64,000 bases of DNA from a virus (IMGVR_UViG_3300037067_003630:6495-70494); one strand, 5' to 3'; positions 53,861 to 64,000 are shown, counted from the stretch's first letter. The notes: generated by a model not told the origin, from the letters alone. Numbers and translations are program-made.

Positions 53861-54801
53861 TAAAACCACACCCTTTTATTCGCCAGCAATCTTTTAGCGG
53901 CCAATGGTATTTCTTTGAGCTCGCCGTATTTCGTATCCCGTGAGTTTTCGCGGTTTTCGTAAAGGTCACCGACAATAAGTTTCATGGCCTGCTTTATGAT
54001 TTTTGGTATGTTCGTTGACGTTCCATAACCTGCCACATATTCAATGTTAATCGGATTCACTGGATACAAAGTGTCGGAAGGCCAGCTTCCGTCGTACGGT
54101 AAAACTATTCTGCCAGGCTCTGAGTTTGTATCGACAATGTAATCGTCTGTGCTCATGGTATTAACTGTCCCGTCGCAGTCGGTATATTTTACTGAGGCAA
54201 CAGAAACTAATGGCGCATAAGGTATTTTGATATGGTCTTTGCAAGGGAATTCATCAATATAATAATTCCAAGTCTGGTTTATAAGCCTGCGGCCAATATG
54301 TCCCTCAACGGCATCCCTTGCAACTGTTATAAAACTTTCGATATCTGCATCCTCTGCTGATTCCGGCGCAACCTCAACAATATTCACACCGTACACCGCG
54401 TCGCCTGCAACAGTCGCACATGCGCGTATATATTGTTTTGTTCCGCTGTACTCAGTTTCAACAACCGAATTTTGTGTTGCTGTTGACAGGGTGGAGGTTG
54501 AGCCCACAACATCTGAATAGGTTACATTATCGTCCGATTCCTCCAGGTGGATGGTAACTGTCGCGCCTGCGTTAACTACACCTGCTATGGCATTGGCTAC
54601 AACGGAATTGCCCATTACGTCTATACCTGTACCTGTAGACGTTCCTGTTGAATATGCAGCCACATTGATTGACGGCGTTTCGGTTATCGAATCAGCGACA
54701 GTGCCCGAATCTATCCGAAGATGGTTTTTAATGTCAGTGACGCTTACCGGTTCCTCTGTCGGCTCGGTTTTAATTTTCAATGCCCATCTGTCAGGGAACA
54801 T
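53860..54801 (-). CDS. Head-tail connector (gp6/gp15-like) with a large inserted domain
   Basis: EPVSVTDIKNHLRID ... [insert] ... IESFITVARDAVEGHIGRRLINQTW ... IPKIIKQAMKLIVGDLYENRE. Confidence 0.82.
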   Translation of the reverse strand: MFPDRWALKIKTEPTEEPVSVTDIKNHLRIDSGTVADSITETPSINVAAYSTGTSTGTGIDVMGNSVVANAIAGVVNAGATVTIHLEESDDNVTYSDVVGSTSTLSTATQNSVVETEYSGTKQYIRACATVAGDAVYGVNIVEVAPESAEDADIESFITVARDAVEGHIGRRLINQTWNYYIDEFPCKDHIKIPYAPLVSVASVKYTDCDGTVNTMSTDDYIVDTNSEPGRIVLPYDGSWPSDTLYPVNPINIEYVAGYGTSTNIPKIIKQAMKLIVGDLYENRENSRDTKYGELKEIPLAAKRLLANKRVWF

Positions 54802-54805
54802 ATAA

Positions 54806-55039
54806 TCACCTCTTTCTGGTTACCGGTTTTCTTGCCGGACTCCTTGCAACTGGTTTCGGCATCATGGCGTTTTCAGGAGCACGTACCATCTGCGTTTCAA
54901 TTTTTGACATGCTGATTAATTCCGCACATCCTGATTCAATCAACTGTCTGCCTACGGAATCCTCGACATCCATAGCAGTTCCTGGCGCGCATGATATCTC
55001 TGGACTCATCCATCTTGTTTTCATTCTCACTTTGTACAT
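54806..55039 (-). CDS. Small head-associated protein
   Basis: ETQMVRAPENAM pattern; located between capsid and connector genes. Confidence 0.6.
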   Translation of the reverse strand: MYKVRMKTRWMSPEISCAPGTAMDVEDSVGRQLIESGCAELISMSKIETQMVRAPENAMMPKPVARSPARKPVTRKR

Positions 55040-55041
55040 TT

Positions 55042-55473
55042 TTAACCACCTACCAATACATGAAATGTGCCTACGCCTGTGTTATCGCCGGTGCTTGACG
55101 AGGTTGTAACCTCAAACTTGATTCTCTCCGCGCACAAAGCCACCCGATCTTTTACGCGCCGCGTTTCCATAGTTGAGGTATCGTCATAGATATTAAAATC
55201 ACCTGACGAATTGCACACATCAACACGCGGATAATAGGTTTTGCTTTCACCTGTACCGGTAAAATCAGGGACAACGCCAACGACAGGAATGCCGGAGTTT
55301 TCGCCGCTAACCTGCAAATGACAGGTAGTGGATAACCCGCCGGATGTGCTATGGATGTATCTGATTGCATGGACATAGCCATTGACAGGCTCATCGGTGT
55401 ATGCCGCCGCCGTTCCTGCGGTTGAGGTATCCATTGCCAAGTTAACAACATGCCTTGTAAAATATGACATCAA
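55042..55473 (-). CDS. Putative virion structural protein
   Basis: Thr/Ser-rich beta-type sequence in the head module. Confidence 0.6.
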   Translation of the reverse strand: MMSYFTRHVVNLAMDTSTAGTAAAYTDEPVNGYVHAIRYIHSTSGGLSTTCHLQVSGENSGIPVVGVVPDFTGTGESKTYYPRVDVCNSSGDFNIYDDTSTMETRRVKDRVALCAERIKFEVTTSSSTGDNTGVGTFHVLVGG

Positions 55474-55541
55474 AAATCACTCTCCTTCTATAAAAAATTG
55501 AATTGTTTTCATAGGGAATGGGACGGTTGCCCGTCCCTATG

Positions 55542-56054
55542 TTACGAAATTACAAATTCACTGGATTTGAATAGTGCTATCCACTGTGTTGATGTCTGTG
55601 CTATGAGTTTTACGACTCCGCCGTTATAAGTACTGGCGGTGAGCGTCACGTATGCAAGTGCAGTGCTGTAGCCTATCTGGCAACCAGTACATGTTACTAT
55701 TACCCCACCGGTTGCAAGCCCATTTGTGACAATTGTCTTTTCGATGTTTGCAATACCCGTTGGTAAATAATATGTAGCATTCGCAGCCGCGGTTGAACCT
55801 GTAACATAACTCACGCCATATGCGGTAAGCGTGGCGCTGGCATCTGCTGTTGTTTTTGATTCATATTGCTGAACTATGCGCCCGCCTGTATCGATATAGT
55901 TTGTTCCATTTATTGCCAGTACTCCACCGGACTCAACGTTAAACACACCACCGCTTTCAACAACTCCTGTACATCCAGTGGGGATTACGAACAATTTGCC
56001 GTTCAGCCTTTTATGTACGACGTTCTGATATGATTCATCTGCCACTTTAATCAT
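55542..56054 (-). CDS. Putative capsid fibre/decoration protein
   Basis: VESGGVFNVESGGVL repeats; Thr/Ala-rich; head module. Confidence 0.55.
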   Translation of the reverse strand: MIKVADESYQNVVHKRLNGKLFVIPTGCTGVVESGGVFNVESGGVLAINGTNYIDTGGRIVQQYESKTTADASATLTAYGVSYVTGSTAAANATYYLPTGIANIEKTIVTNGLATGGVIVTCTGCQIGYSTALAYVTLTASTYNGGVVKLIAQTSTQWIALFKSSEFVIS

Positions 56055-56127
56055 TCCTTTCTCAATGGTGTCTATCGCACCCTTAATGAGTAGAGGACGG
56101 TTTCCCGCCCTCTTTAATCAATTGTCG

Positions 56128-56544
56128 TTAAACTGTGCCGCTGGTTCCTACATTGACTTCATCTGCCGTTATATCCGTGGACTGGCTTACAGGCAGCACC
56201 CTTGCGCCATACTGTAAAGCCAAAACACTGTAAGCGGATTCAGTCGTTGCTATAACTACAGGTACAACATACCTGTAAGGCGGCTTAATCAAGTCGCTGG
56301 CTACCGCTGAACGGCCTGTTGATGTGGAGATTATCTCCGTATCAGTCAGGTCAACTGCGTCACCGCCGCCGCTGGATGAACCGGATTCTATGTGCATTGC
56401 AACATTTGTGCTGCCGGATGTTCCCATTTGCAAAACAAAGCAAACGGATTCATAGCCCGCCATGTCAACCACTGCCGACGTGCTGGACGTCTCAGTATTG
56501 TACAAAACAGGCAGGGACATTTTTACATTTTTAATAAGATTCAT
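56128..56544 (-). CDS. Putative capsid decoration (cement-like) protein
   Basis: Immediately after the capsid gene; VVDMAGYESVCFVL...RYVVPVV. Confidence 0.6.
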   Translation of the reverse strand: MNLIKNVKMSLPVLYNTETSSTSAVVDMAGYESVCFVLQMGTSGSTNVAMHIESGSSSGGGDAVDLTDTEIISTSTGRSAVASDLIKPPYRYVVPVVIATTESAYSVLALQYGARVLPVSQSTDITADEVNVGTSGTV

Positions 56545-56559
56545 ATTAACACCCCTTCC

Positions 56560-57795
56560 TTAAGATGCAGCAAGCTTAACGCGGGCAAATGCTTCGGATT
56601 TCTTCGGCATTCCGTCCACTTCAAGTCTTGCAAGGAATACAGTCAGGTCGTTGAGCGCTTTGAGTTCACTCAACCTCTTTATTTCAAGTGCTAACCCGTC
56701 GGCTATCAGGTAATTGCTGAAATCACCCAGTATACCGACATAAGATGATGCTGTGAATGTCGAAGGAGCCCACGAACTTGTATAAACAGGGAATCCGATA
56801 AGTGTAGGTATTCCGCTTGTCTGAATATTTTCATTCCAGACATAACGGCCTTCACCGTCTTTGAGTTTGTCTATCTGAGCTACAGCATCCATGTGGAACA
56901 TCCAAACTGCTCTAGCCCAGTAACCCTGTTTAATTGCATATTTGGCAGCTTTCAAACCATCAAACTGAATTGATGTTGCAGTGTTGCCGGTTGAAACGTC
57001 TCTGTCGGTGTCAATGCCTTTACTGGATGCCACGAAAACACCCAAAGACATGTTGACACCGGTGCCGGTCATAAAATCTTCTTCCTCAGTCTCTGAGAAT
57101 ACCCTGACAATCTCTTCTTTCAGAAGGGTTTCAGGGTCAATTGCCGCTTTTCTCATAAGTGTATTGGAAAGCATGGTATAACCTGTTATCGGGTGCGGGA
57201 ACCATTCCCTGCGTCCGAATAAAGGCTCGGTCATCTGCGGGATGTCGCCGATTTCAGTACCATGTACAGCTCCGCTCATTTTTGTCGTGATAGTCGGATA
57301 GCCAAGGCTTCCGGCCTGTCCGACAGGTCTCACGGTTGAAAGTCTGCGGATTGCCACTGCCTCATCCATATCTTTGATAATTTCAGGAATAAATTCCGCC
57401 GGTGCCGTAATGTAACCGCCTGATATGTCGAGTCCTACCTGTAGAGTCGTCCTCATTTCGGGGACTGCCTGACGGTATTCGTCGTCCCTGCCGGTTACAA
57501 TGTACTTCCTAAAGGCTAATTTCCTCGCTTCCCTTTTGACTTTTTCCTCGTCCTCGGGTTTTACCGGTGCCATAGGCGGGATGGGAGCATTTTTGAATTC
57601 CAGTTCTGCTGCCTGGAGGTCTTCTTCTCTCTTGATGTCGTCCTTAATTGCCCTTGCATCTGCCATGAGCTTGTCAAACTGTATTATTTCCTCCGGTGTC
57701 ATTGCTCTTTTTGCATTGTCGGCTGTATCCTTAACGGCATGTGCCTGTTCAATGCTTCTCATGGCTTTGTCTTTCAACTCAGCTATATTTTTCAT
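56560..57795 (-). CDS. HK97-fold major capsid protein
   Basis: N-terminal coiled delta domain, GGYITAPAEFIPEII, QIDKLKDGEGRYVW, ILGDFSNY and ARLEVDG motifs. Confidence 0.93.
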   Translation of the reverse strand: MKNIAELKDKAMRSIEQAHAVKDTADNAKRAMTPEEIIQFDKLMADARAIKDDIKREEDLQAAELEFKNAPIPPMAPVKPEDEEKVKREARKLAFRKYIVTGRDDEYRQAVPEMRTTLQVGLDISGGYITAPAEFIPEIIKDMDEAVAIRRLSTVRPVGQAGSLGYPTITTKMSGAVHGTEIGDIPQMTEPLFGRREWFPHPITGYTMLSNTLMRKAAIDPETLLKEEIVRVFSETEEEDFMTGTGVNMSLGVFVASSKGIDTDRDVSTGNTATSIQFDGLKAAKYAIKQGYWARAVWMFHMDAVAQIDKLKDGEGRYVWNENIQTSGIPTLIGFPVYTSSWAPSTFTASSYVGILGDFSNYLIADGLALEIKRLSELKALNDLTVFLARLEVDGMPKKSEAFARVKLAAS

Positions 57796-57809
57796 ATAGT
57801 CACGTCCTT

Positions 57810-58541
57810 TCACATTAATTCGAGTTCTAATTTGACTAATTCCAGACTTTGGACAATATTAAACCGCTGCGGCTCATTGTCTTTGGTCTCTGGCGCTGCG
57901 CTTGGAATATAGCCTTTTAAAACGTCGATACTGGCATTTATTAAATCCAGGTCTGACTTTTGTATTGACAGGCCTTGTTTAGCCCTGAACATTAAACCGG
58001 AAAGCTCATCATAATTGATGCCGGATTTTGTGATTATGTCCCTCACTTTTGCGTCAGTAGTCGGATAAGCTGGGAACGTCACGACCGATACATCAAATAA
58101 CGGGTCAACTTCTTTTATGGTTCGGATAGGCAATTCGCCTTTCTTTTCTTCCCATTCCTCGTCAATTACCATGAACGCAAACGACATCTGATTGAGGTCT
58201 CCGCGTTCCATCGGAGTCATAACCATATCCCTAATTAGCTGAGTGTCAGGCGGGGAGATTTCCACAGCGAGTCCGGTATCATCTTCGCTAAGAGTTAGCG
58301 TCTTGCTTGTGTTCCTTCCAAGAATCCAGTTGGAATCATGGTTGAACAAAGCGCGTACATCGGATGTTTTTAGGGTTTTCGTGAATGCGCCGGCGGCAAT
58401 TTTCTCGCGATACCACCACATATCCGTTAATACATCAAATACTGCTGCATGGCCTGATATGATAGGCTGATTTGAGTCGCCGCGTTTTTCTATTTTGATT
58501 TCTGATAAGGTAAAAAGTCTTTTTTCCATTTCCTTACTCAT
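57810..58541 (-). CDS. HK97-type prohead protease
   Basis: ISGHAAVF, ALFNHD, QMSFAF and DVSVVTFPAYP motifs. Confidence 0.93.
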   Translation of the reverse strand: MSKEMEKRLFTLSEIKIEKRGDSNQPIISGHAAVFDVLTDMWWYREKIAAGAFTKTLKTSDVRALFNHDSNWILGRNTSKTLTLSEDDTGLAVEISPPDTQLIRDMVMTPMERGDLNQMSFAFMVIDEEWEEKKGELPIRTIKEVDPLFDVSVVTFPAYPTTDAKVRDIITKSGINYDELSGLMFRAKQGLSIQKSDLDLINASIDVLKGYIPSAAPETKDNEPQRFNIVQSLELVKLELELM

Positions 58542-60150
58542 AATTCATCAACTCCTTAATTTCGTCCCGAATTCGTTCATCAGGCCATTTATCCGGCTGT
58601 TTTTCAGCCGTTTTCAATATTTCAATTGAGTTTTTAACATGTTTTTGTGCAAAATCTTTCAAAAATGCCCTTGTTTTAGCCTCAAAATCCTCATTTATAG
58701 GCTTTTGAGCCTCATTCCAGCTTACAATCAGTGAAAATAGACTGCTTTCCATGTACTCAGGCATGTTTTTGTAATGTTTTTCAAGCCAATTTTCAGCCTC
58801 CGGACTGTCCTTTTTAACCTCAAAACCGTCAATTTCGCGCTTGAAAATGCGGTCAAAGGCATCAAAAAACAGCCTTTCATATGCTTTTTTCAGGCTGTTT
58901 GTCTGGTTCGCGTCTGTTTTTGGCTTGTTTCCAGCCCCTCCCGGATTCTCAACTAGATATTCAAGTGACTGCATGTTGGATTCGACAATGTAAATCCCGC
59001 CGATTTTCCCTGGCATTGGATTCTTATTTTCTATTTCGCACCAGTCATCCCCATTGATAATTCCGTTCCGTCTTTGTATCTGTAACCCTTCCTGCCGACT
59101 CTTAAAGTCACCTCTGAGTAATCCATCTATGAGAAATTCAGCAAACCAGGCCGTTTTCTCTTCCTCGAAAAATAGTTTCCAGTTTATAACTTGTTCCCAT
59201 CTGACAAGCCAAGGCCGCAAGGAATAAATAACAAACTCCAAAGATTGCATTTCAATGTTATTATTGGTACTTTCTGTAAGTTCGGCAATTAAATGGGGTT
59301 GTATGCCGAATATTCTTGCGATTTCGTTTATGCCGAATTTCCGGCTTTCAATGAATTGTGCTTGTTCTGGCGGGATACCAATTGGGGTGTATTTCATCCC
59401 TTCTTCAAGTAGCATTGATGTATGAGCTTTACTAAGCCCGTTATATTTTTCCTCCAAATCCTTTTTTAGGTTGTCGTGTGCTTCAGGACTTAATGTTGCT
59501 GGTAATTCAAATACGCCTCCTATATTCGCACCCTGGCCGTAAAATCTAGCTGCAAATTCCTCTGTGGCTAAAGCTAATCCGACAGTTTCCATCATCATTT
59601 TGATAGGTGAATAGCCCTTCAATCCGTCAAATCCAAGTCCAGGAACATGAAAGATTTCCCATGCAGCGATCTGTCTGTCTGCGCCATCCGGAAGGTGAAT
59701 CTTATATGCTAAAGACTTTTCTTTAGTCCTATATGGTTCACACCTATCGGGATGAATCGGTATCAGTCCCGTTATCCTGCCAGCGGGGTCTCGCTGGATG
59801 TAAGAATAACAATTCCCCCACAAAACAAGGTGCGCCATCATCATTTCGCGCCAGGTAAATGAGGTCATTTCATCATTCGCCTGGTCGTGCAGGATTCTAT
59901 AAAGTCTGTGGCTTGGGTCGCGTTCTTTGCCTTTTGGTTGTAGTCTTTTGTAAACAGGTAAGGGTAGGGAGGCTAATGTCCCGGATAAAAGTTTTACGCA
60001 AGCCCAAACTGCGCTTGACTGCATAGCGGTCATTTCAGTTACCTTTACGCCTGTTTTGGTCTTTGTCCCACCACCGAACCAGTCTATCAGCCATTGGCTC
60101 GGTACTGACAAGGAATCACGTCTTTCAAGCATTTTTACCAGTACACCCAT
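58534..60150 (-). CDS. HK97-family portal protein
   Basis: SAVWACVKLLS..LASLPL, LWGNCY, IFHV.G.GFDGLKGYSPI and RPWLVRWEQ motifs. Confidence 0.93.
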   Translation of the reverse strand: MGVLVKMLERRDSLSVPSQWLIDWFGGGTKTKTGVKVTEMTAMQSSAVWACVKLLSGTLASLPLPVYKRLQPKGKERDPSHRLYRILHDQANDEMTSFTWREMMMAHLVLWGNCYSYIQRDPAGRITGLIPIHPDRCEPYRTKEKSLAYKIHLPDGADRQIAAWEIFHVPGLGFDGLKGYSPIKMMMETVGLALATEEFAARFYGQGANIGGVFELPATLSPEAHDNLKKDLEEKYNGLSKAHTSMLLEEGMKYTPIGIPPEQAQFIESRKFGINEIARIFGIQPHLIAELTESTNNNIEMQSLEFVIYSLRPWLVRWEQVINWKLFFEEEKTAWFAEFLIDGLLRGDFKSRQEGLQIQRRNGIINGDDWCEIENKNPMPGKIGGIYIVESNMQSLEYLVENPGGAGNKPKTDANQTNSLKKAYERLFFDAFDRIFKREIDGFEVKKDSPEAENWLEKHYKNMPEYMESSLFSLIVSWNEAQKPINEDFEAKTRAFLKDFAQKHVKNSIEILKTAEKQPDKWPDERIRDEIKELMNYE

Positions 60151-60309
60151 TTACTTCACCTTCTTCCCTTTAGGCCAGCCAAGATATATCAAAAATAGAC
60201 CGGGTATCATCAAAGCCAACGGAATGTAAACCATGTAAAGACCTATTGCGAGCAGGATAATTCCCGCGAGTATGCTCATATCGGGCAACCAATCTGTTAA
60301 AAATTTCAT
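60151..60309 (-). CDS. Small membrane protein preceding portal
   Basis: Two hydrophobic segments; usual position before the portal gene. Confidence 0.6.
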   Translation of the reverse strand: MKFLTDWLPDMSILAGIILLAIGLYMVYIPLALMIPGLFLIYLGWPKGKKVK

Positions 60310-60655
60310 TCTGTCACCACCTTTAAACAACAAAAAAAGAGGCCAATCCTCCCGAATTAACGGAAAGACTGGCCTCTAATGGACTCTATGTCTCTAATTT
60401 ATTTAGGAAACCTATTGTTTAGGCTCAACCGCGCCATATTCCACCTTTGCCTACTTGTATAATTCCTTTTCCTTTGCACATTTTACATTTACGTTTTAAA
60501 TGAGTTATGTTATCACAATGCTTACACCACATTACTGCCATTCTCATTCACTCCTTATAATAAACCAGCCTACACATGGCTCGATGCCACACCTTTTACG
60601 GAATTAATCGATATTACCGTATAGCCACCATTATGGTACCTCGGCTGTTTATTGC

Positions 60656-60847
60656 TTATTTTATAATCAAGCTTGTATATGTCCTGCATCTGTTACAAAG
60701 GATCCTGATTTCCGTTTCCTCATCTGCAACAAATTCTATTTCTGTACTCCTACAGACTAAAACTTTGCCCTTTTTCAGTTCAGCGAACATTTTTGATTTG
60801 TTGCCGTCAACTGCACATTCAGGATTTGCACATCGTATTTCGTTCAA
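60656..60847 (-). CDS. Small Zn-binding protein (Com-like)
   Basis: EIRCANPEC ... ILCNRCRT; TTG start after GAGGTG. Confidence 0.5.
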   Translation of the reverse strand: MNEIRCANPECAVDGNKSKMFAELKKGKVLVCRSTEIEFVADEETEIRILCNRCRTYTSLIIK

Positions 60848-60857
60848 CCTTATCACC

Positions 60858-61151
60858 TCACATAAATTTAGGTTTTCCCGTGCCGACAAAATTAAATTCA
60901 TTCGTGTCGCTCGCACAGTCCGTTACGATGATTGCGCCTATTTCTGTTTCTATGGGTTTTCCCATAATGGCCGTGGCAATATTAAAATCCAGCACACTGT
61001 TCCCATCCCATTCTTTTAAACCTTCCACGGTATGATGATTTTCCATGCCATCATAGTAACCTTCAATATTTTTATATAATTTAGCGGTTATATGTGCTTC
61101 GTTGCCGTTTAGGATTATTGTGCCACTATAGGTTTTAATTAACTCTCTCAT
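60858..61151 (-). CDS. Hypothetical protein
   Basis: GAGGTG SD; follows terminase. Confidence 0.55.
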   Translation of the reverse strand: MRELIKTYSGTIILNGNEAHITAKLYKNIEGYYDGMENHHTVEGLKEWDGNSVLDFNIATAIMGKPIETEIGAIIVTDCASDTNEFNFVGTGKPKFM

Positions 61152-61160
61152 TTTTACACC

Positions 61161-62933
61161 TCACATTGTTATTATTCCACGACTTTCATATATGGATTTT
61201 TTCTTCTTATTTACCATTACCCTAAAGTGTGCATTCATCAACGCTGCTATCGGGTCTATGCACTCGCTAGACTTCTCTTTGTCTAGCATTATATTTTTGT
61301 TATGGTCCATCTTTGTTACCGCGTTACTAATTGCCCATGCCAGAATAGGATTGTTGTCATGTATCAATTTTCTTTCGGTAACTTCTGTTGAAATATTGTA
61401 AACTATGCCCTTAAAATCCTTTGTCGGATTGCTCAACATGGTTATAATCTGAGGTACTTCCACTGATACAAATTTTCTTGTGTTCATTTCACCTTCAAGC
61501 CATGTCGCCAGGTGCCGGTCAAAGCAGGCTTCATCCCTGCGCCAGCCATTTTTTTCATACGTCTCAACAACATAATCAAGTATGGCTGCATACTCTATTT
61601 GCGCGCCGGGCGTAACGGTTAACCACCCTTCGTTTTCCCACCTGTCGAAGGGTATTTTGTGGGAAGCTTTCAGCCGTTTTTCAAATGTCTCGCGCGGCAT
61701 GAATGAATGGGATAAGACCGCTATTGTATCACCCATGTCTATCTCAAAGCCTACGCTTGCAAGGTCAATTCTGGTTGCAAGGTCAAGTCCTGCAGTGACC
61801 TTGTATTGCCTTCCATTTACATCCGGGAACGGCCGTTTTAAAGTAGCTCCACAGGATTTCCACTTTGCCATATCCATGTAGCCAAGAGGTTTCTGATTAA
61901 TCCAAATATTAAGGGTCTTAGTGAGAAAGTCACGCATTTTATCAGGCTTGTCAATGGCTTCCTGGAGGTCAATGGCTATGGATTCTTTTCCAACGTCGGT
62001 ATCACCTATTATTGGATTGGCCTTCATCCTGGCGGCATCGCTTGAAACCTCGTCAACCAGTTTCCCATCCTCATCCAGGTCTGCTTCACATATCATTACA
62101 AAGTATCGATCATTTTCGATAGGGTTATCCGGGTCAAGGATCTTTGAAACATAATCATATTCCACCGTGTAGCATGGATGGCTTAAATCAAAACCAGCTG
62201 TGGTTATAATTGATAGTAATGGTTGCGTCCTGGTTTTCATACCGGAAGTTGCAAGGTCATAATATTCTGTCGTTTCGTGAAGATGATATTCGTCAAGCAC
62301 CTCAAATTGTGGGTTAGTGCCATCGCCTGATTTTTTATCATCTTTTGAAAGTCTGGCAAAAAATGAACCGCTTTTCTTATGCAGAATTACAACTGATTGC
62401 AACTCTGTATCAAATTTCGTAACAAATTTATCTTTCAAAAGCTCAGAGTTTTTATATAGCCAACTGGCCTCACCCCACACATGACGGGTATCTGCTTTTT
62501 TAGTTGCCGCAACATATGCCTCTGCGCGCGCCTCTCCGAAAGCTGATATTTCATATAAGGCTTGTATGGCTTTGTCCATGCTCTTACTATTCTTCCTGCC
62601 TACCTGTTCATATGACCTTCTAAAACGTCGGAATCCTGTGTCTTTATGAACCCATCCATAGATGTTTCCATAAACAAATTTTTCGTAAAGCGTGGGTATT
62701 TTTTTTGTTCCTGCAAGCGGACCTTTGCTGTGTTTAAATAGTTGCATCCAGTCAAAAAATCGCTCTGCTGGTTCTTCCTCAAATATCCAGGGAAATTCTT
62801 CTGTACCCGCTTTGTCAAGGTCTCGCAGGAATCTCATGCAGCTCCATTTATGCTTACGGCAGGCTACTATTTTGCCTGAGATAATGTCGTTGCAATATTG
62901 GATTAGTTTTTTTTCTAAACTCACCATCACCAC
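61161..62933 (-). CDS. terL: Terminase large subunit
   Basis: EQVGRKNSKS (Walker A), VLDEYH (Walker B), ITTAG, GLDLATRIDLAS and IDPIAALMNA motifs. Confidence 0.95.
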   Translation of the reverse strand: MVMVSLEKKLIQYCNDIISGKIVACRKHKWSCMRFLRDLDKAGTEEFPWIFEEEPAERFFDWMQLFKHSKGPLAGTKKIPTLYEKFVYGNIYGWVHKDTGFRRFRRSYEQVGRKNSKSMDKAIQALYEISAFGEARAEAYVAATKKADTRHVWGEASWLYKNSELLKDKFVTKFDTELQSVVILHKKSGSFFARLSKDDKKSGDGTNPQFEVLDEYHLHETTEYYDLATSGMKTRTQPLLSIITTAGFDLSHPCYTVEYDYVSKILDPDNPIENDRYFVMICEADLDEDGKLVDEVSSDAARMKANPIIGDTDVGKESIAIDLQEAIDKPDKMRDFLTKTLNIWINQKPLGYMDMAKWKSCGATLKRPFPDVNGRQYKVTAGLDLATRIDLASVGFEIDMGDTIAVLSHSFMPRETFEKRLKASHKIPFDRWENEGWLTVTPGAQIEYAAILDYVVETYEKNGWRRDEACFDRHLATWLEGEMNTRKFVSVEVPQIITMLSNPTKDFKGIVYNISTEVTERKLIHDNNPILAWAISNAVTKMDHNKNIMLDKEKSSECIDPIAALMNAHFRVMVNKKKKSIYESRGIITM

Positions 62934-63020
62934 CTACAATTTGCAAAATAAAAGAAGCCTTTTGGCTTCTCTTTGTCTGTTAAGGTATCATTTCGCCCGC
63001 ATACCGCATCTACTACAATA

Positions 63021-63329
63021 TTACTCATCTTCTGCATATTTAATAACGCCCGATGTGTCAATATATCCATCATTAAAAGCCACAAACAATTTATCAAACA
63101 TATCAGTAACAAAACTTGCACCTGTTTCGGAATCTATTTCATCGCGTAAATGTTCGGCAACAAGTTCTGCAAACGCCTGTCTTTTGCCTCTTTTAATAAC
63201 CGTCCCATCTGCATTGTCTGGCATATAATTAAACGCACAAATAAGCGTAGATATTGGTATTTCAATAATGAGCTTCTTGCCATCAATGACTGTTTTATAA
63301 CCTTTTCCTTTTTCTTTAAACTGTTTCAT
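63021..63329 (-). CDS. Hypothetical protein between terminase subunits
   Basis: 102-aa ORF with SD. Confidence 0.6.
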   Translation of the reverse strand: MKQFKEKGKGYKTVIDGKKLIIEIPISTLICAFNYMPDNADGTVIKRGKRQAFAELVAEHLRDEIDSETGASFVTDMFDKLFVAFNDGYIDTSGVIKYAEDE

Positions 63330-63361
63330 AATTTTTTTCCTTTCTTCGCATTCTTTGTACT

Positions 63362-63934
63362 TTACACATTGCCAAATCCTTGTTCTTTCAGCGGGTCTTT
63401 CTTTTCTCCCGGCTTCTTTGGCACATTCCGCACTTTTGCAAGGGGATTCAGGAAGAGTCGATCTTCCATTTTAATTAGCATATCTTGTTTCTTGTTGATA
63501 GCGGTTTCAATTGTAAGTATGGCATTGATTGAAAATAGGTCTTTGAGTGCCTTTTGAACTTTATAACTATACAAATATTTGCCTTTTTCATTTGTATCTT
63601 CAATTAGTTCTTGTAACTCACCACAATCGTAATGAATCTCGCTAACCCTTTGATATGCATCCAAGAGTTCATAGTATTCACTGAACGTTTTACAGTATCG
63701 CGCCAGGTGCCCTGTATCGCCATTAGAAACAAAATCTACGTCCTTGTATAGTTCCATTATCTCCTGCCACTTTTCAAGAGCTTTTAAGTCTTTAAGGATA
63801 AAGTCCGGACATATGAATTTATTTTCGCCAAGTTTGATTTCGCCTTCTTTTCGGCGTTTCTTTTCTTCATTAGTAAGATGTTTCTTGCCTTTTGCGGCAA
63901 GCAAATCTATCGGCTGACCTCTGCGTCCTGCCAT
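63362..63934 (-). CDS. terS: Terminase small subunit (P27-like)
   Basis: MAGRRGQPIDLL..KGKKHLT..E, LARYC and LFLNPLAK motifs. Confidence 0.85.
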   Translation of the reverse strand: MAGRRGQPIDLLAAKGKKHLTNEEKKRRKEGEIKLGENKFICPDFILKDLKALEKWQEIMELYKDVDFVSNGDTGHLARYCKTFSEYYELLDAYQRVSEIHYDCGELQELIEDTNEKGKYLYSYKVQKALKDLFSINAILTIETAINKKQDMLIKMEDRLFLNPLAKVRNVPKKPGEKKDPLKEQGFGNV

Positions 63935-64000
63935 ATTATCACCTTCTTTTGAAATATTTGCATCGGAACCTTCATTTAGGGACATTTTTATGCGGAAATT

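Larger units (their letters stand above)
1..64000. mobile_element. Temperate siphovirus-like phage genome (near complete, not integrated, attP intact)
   Basis: Contains terminase, portal, protease, capsid, tail, lysis, integrase, repressor and replication modules. The att core is flanked by phage genes on both sides. No host housekeeping genes are seen. Confidence 0.93.

Noticed and set aside
719-63557. Numerous short opposite-strand ORFs in the supplied track (e.g. 1796-2038, 18672-19163, 47429-47980, 62692-63228)
   Set aside because: They overlap well-supported genes in antisense, lack SDs or motifs, and are treated as shadow ORFs.
1-64000. CRISPR array, anti-CRISPR operon, or stop-codon recoding
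   Set aside because: No regularly spaced repeats, no recognisable Acr/Aca pair, and long ORFs are intact under the standard code with no suppressor anticodon.

Overview
The window is almost entirely one temperate, long-tailed (siphovirus-like) phage of a Clostridia-like Firmicute, mostly on the minus strand. It appears to be in free or excised form: the tyrosine integrase sits beside an intact attP containing the 3' half of tRNA-Lys(UUU), with phage genes on both sides. Reading right to left: terminase, HK97-type portal/protease/capsid, neck and tail genes (64-44.4 kb); three type IV pilin genes with their own promoters (44.2-41.4 kb); lysis genes; a plus-strand accessory block led by a tRNA-shaped RNA (36.9-40.1 kb); attP/integrase/repressor switch; and a long early recombination/replication operon (34.6-17.2 kb) containing further tRNA-like RNAs. 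Next come an inverted island (SNF2 helicase, PAPS-reductase-like, ParB-like, DNA methyltransferase; 10.7-17.1 kb) and a ~10 kb cluster of sugar/glycan tailoring enzymes interrupted by homing endonucleases (10.6-0.8 kb). The strongest novelty candidates are the phage-borne pilin locus, the glycan-tailoring cluster, tRNA scaffolds with structured inserts in the anticodon arm, and a repeated RBS-pairing leader RNA before two unrelated homing endonucleases. All product calls come from motif recognition by eye; no database searches or folding programs were run.
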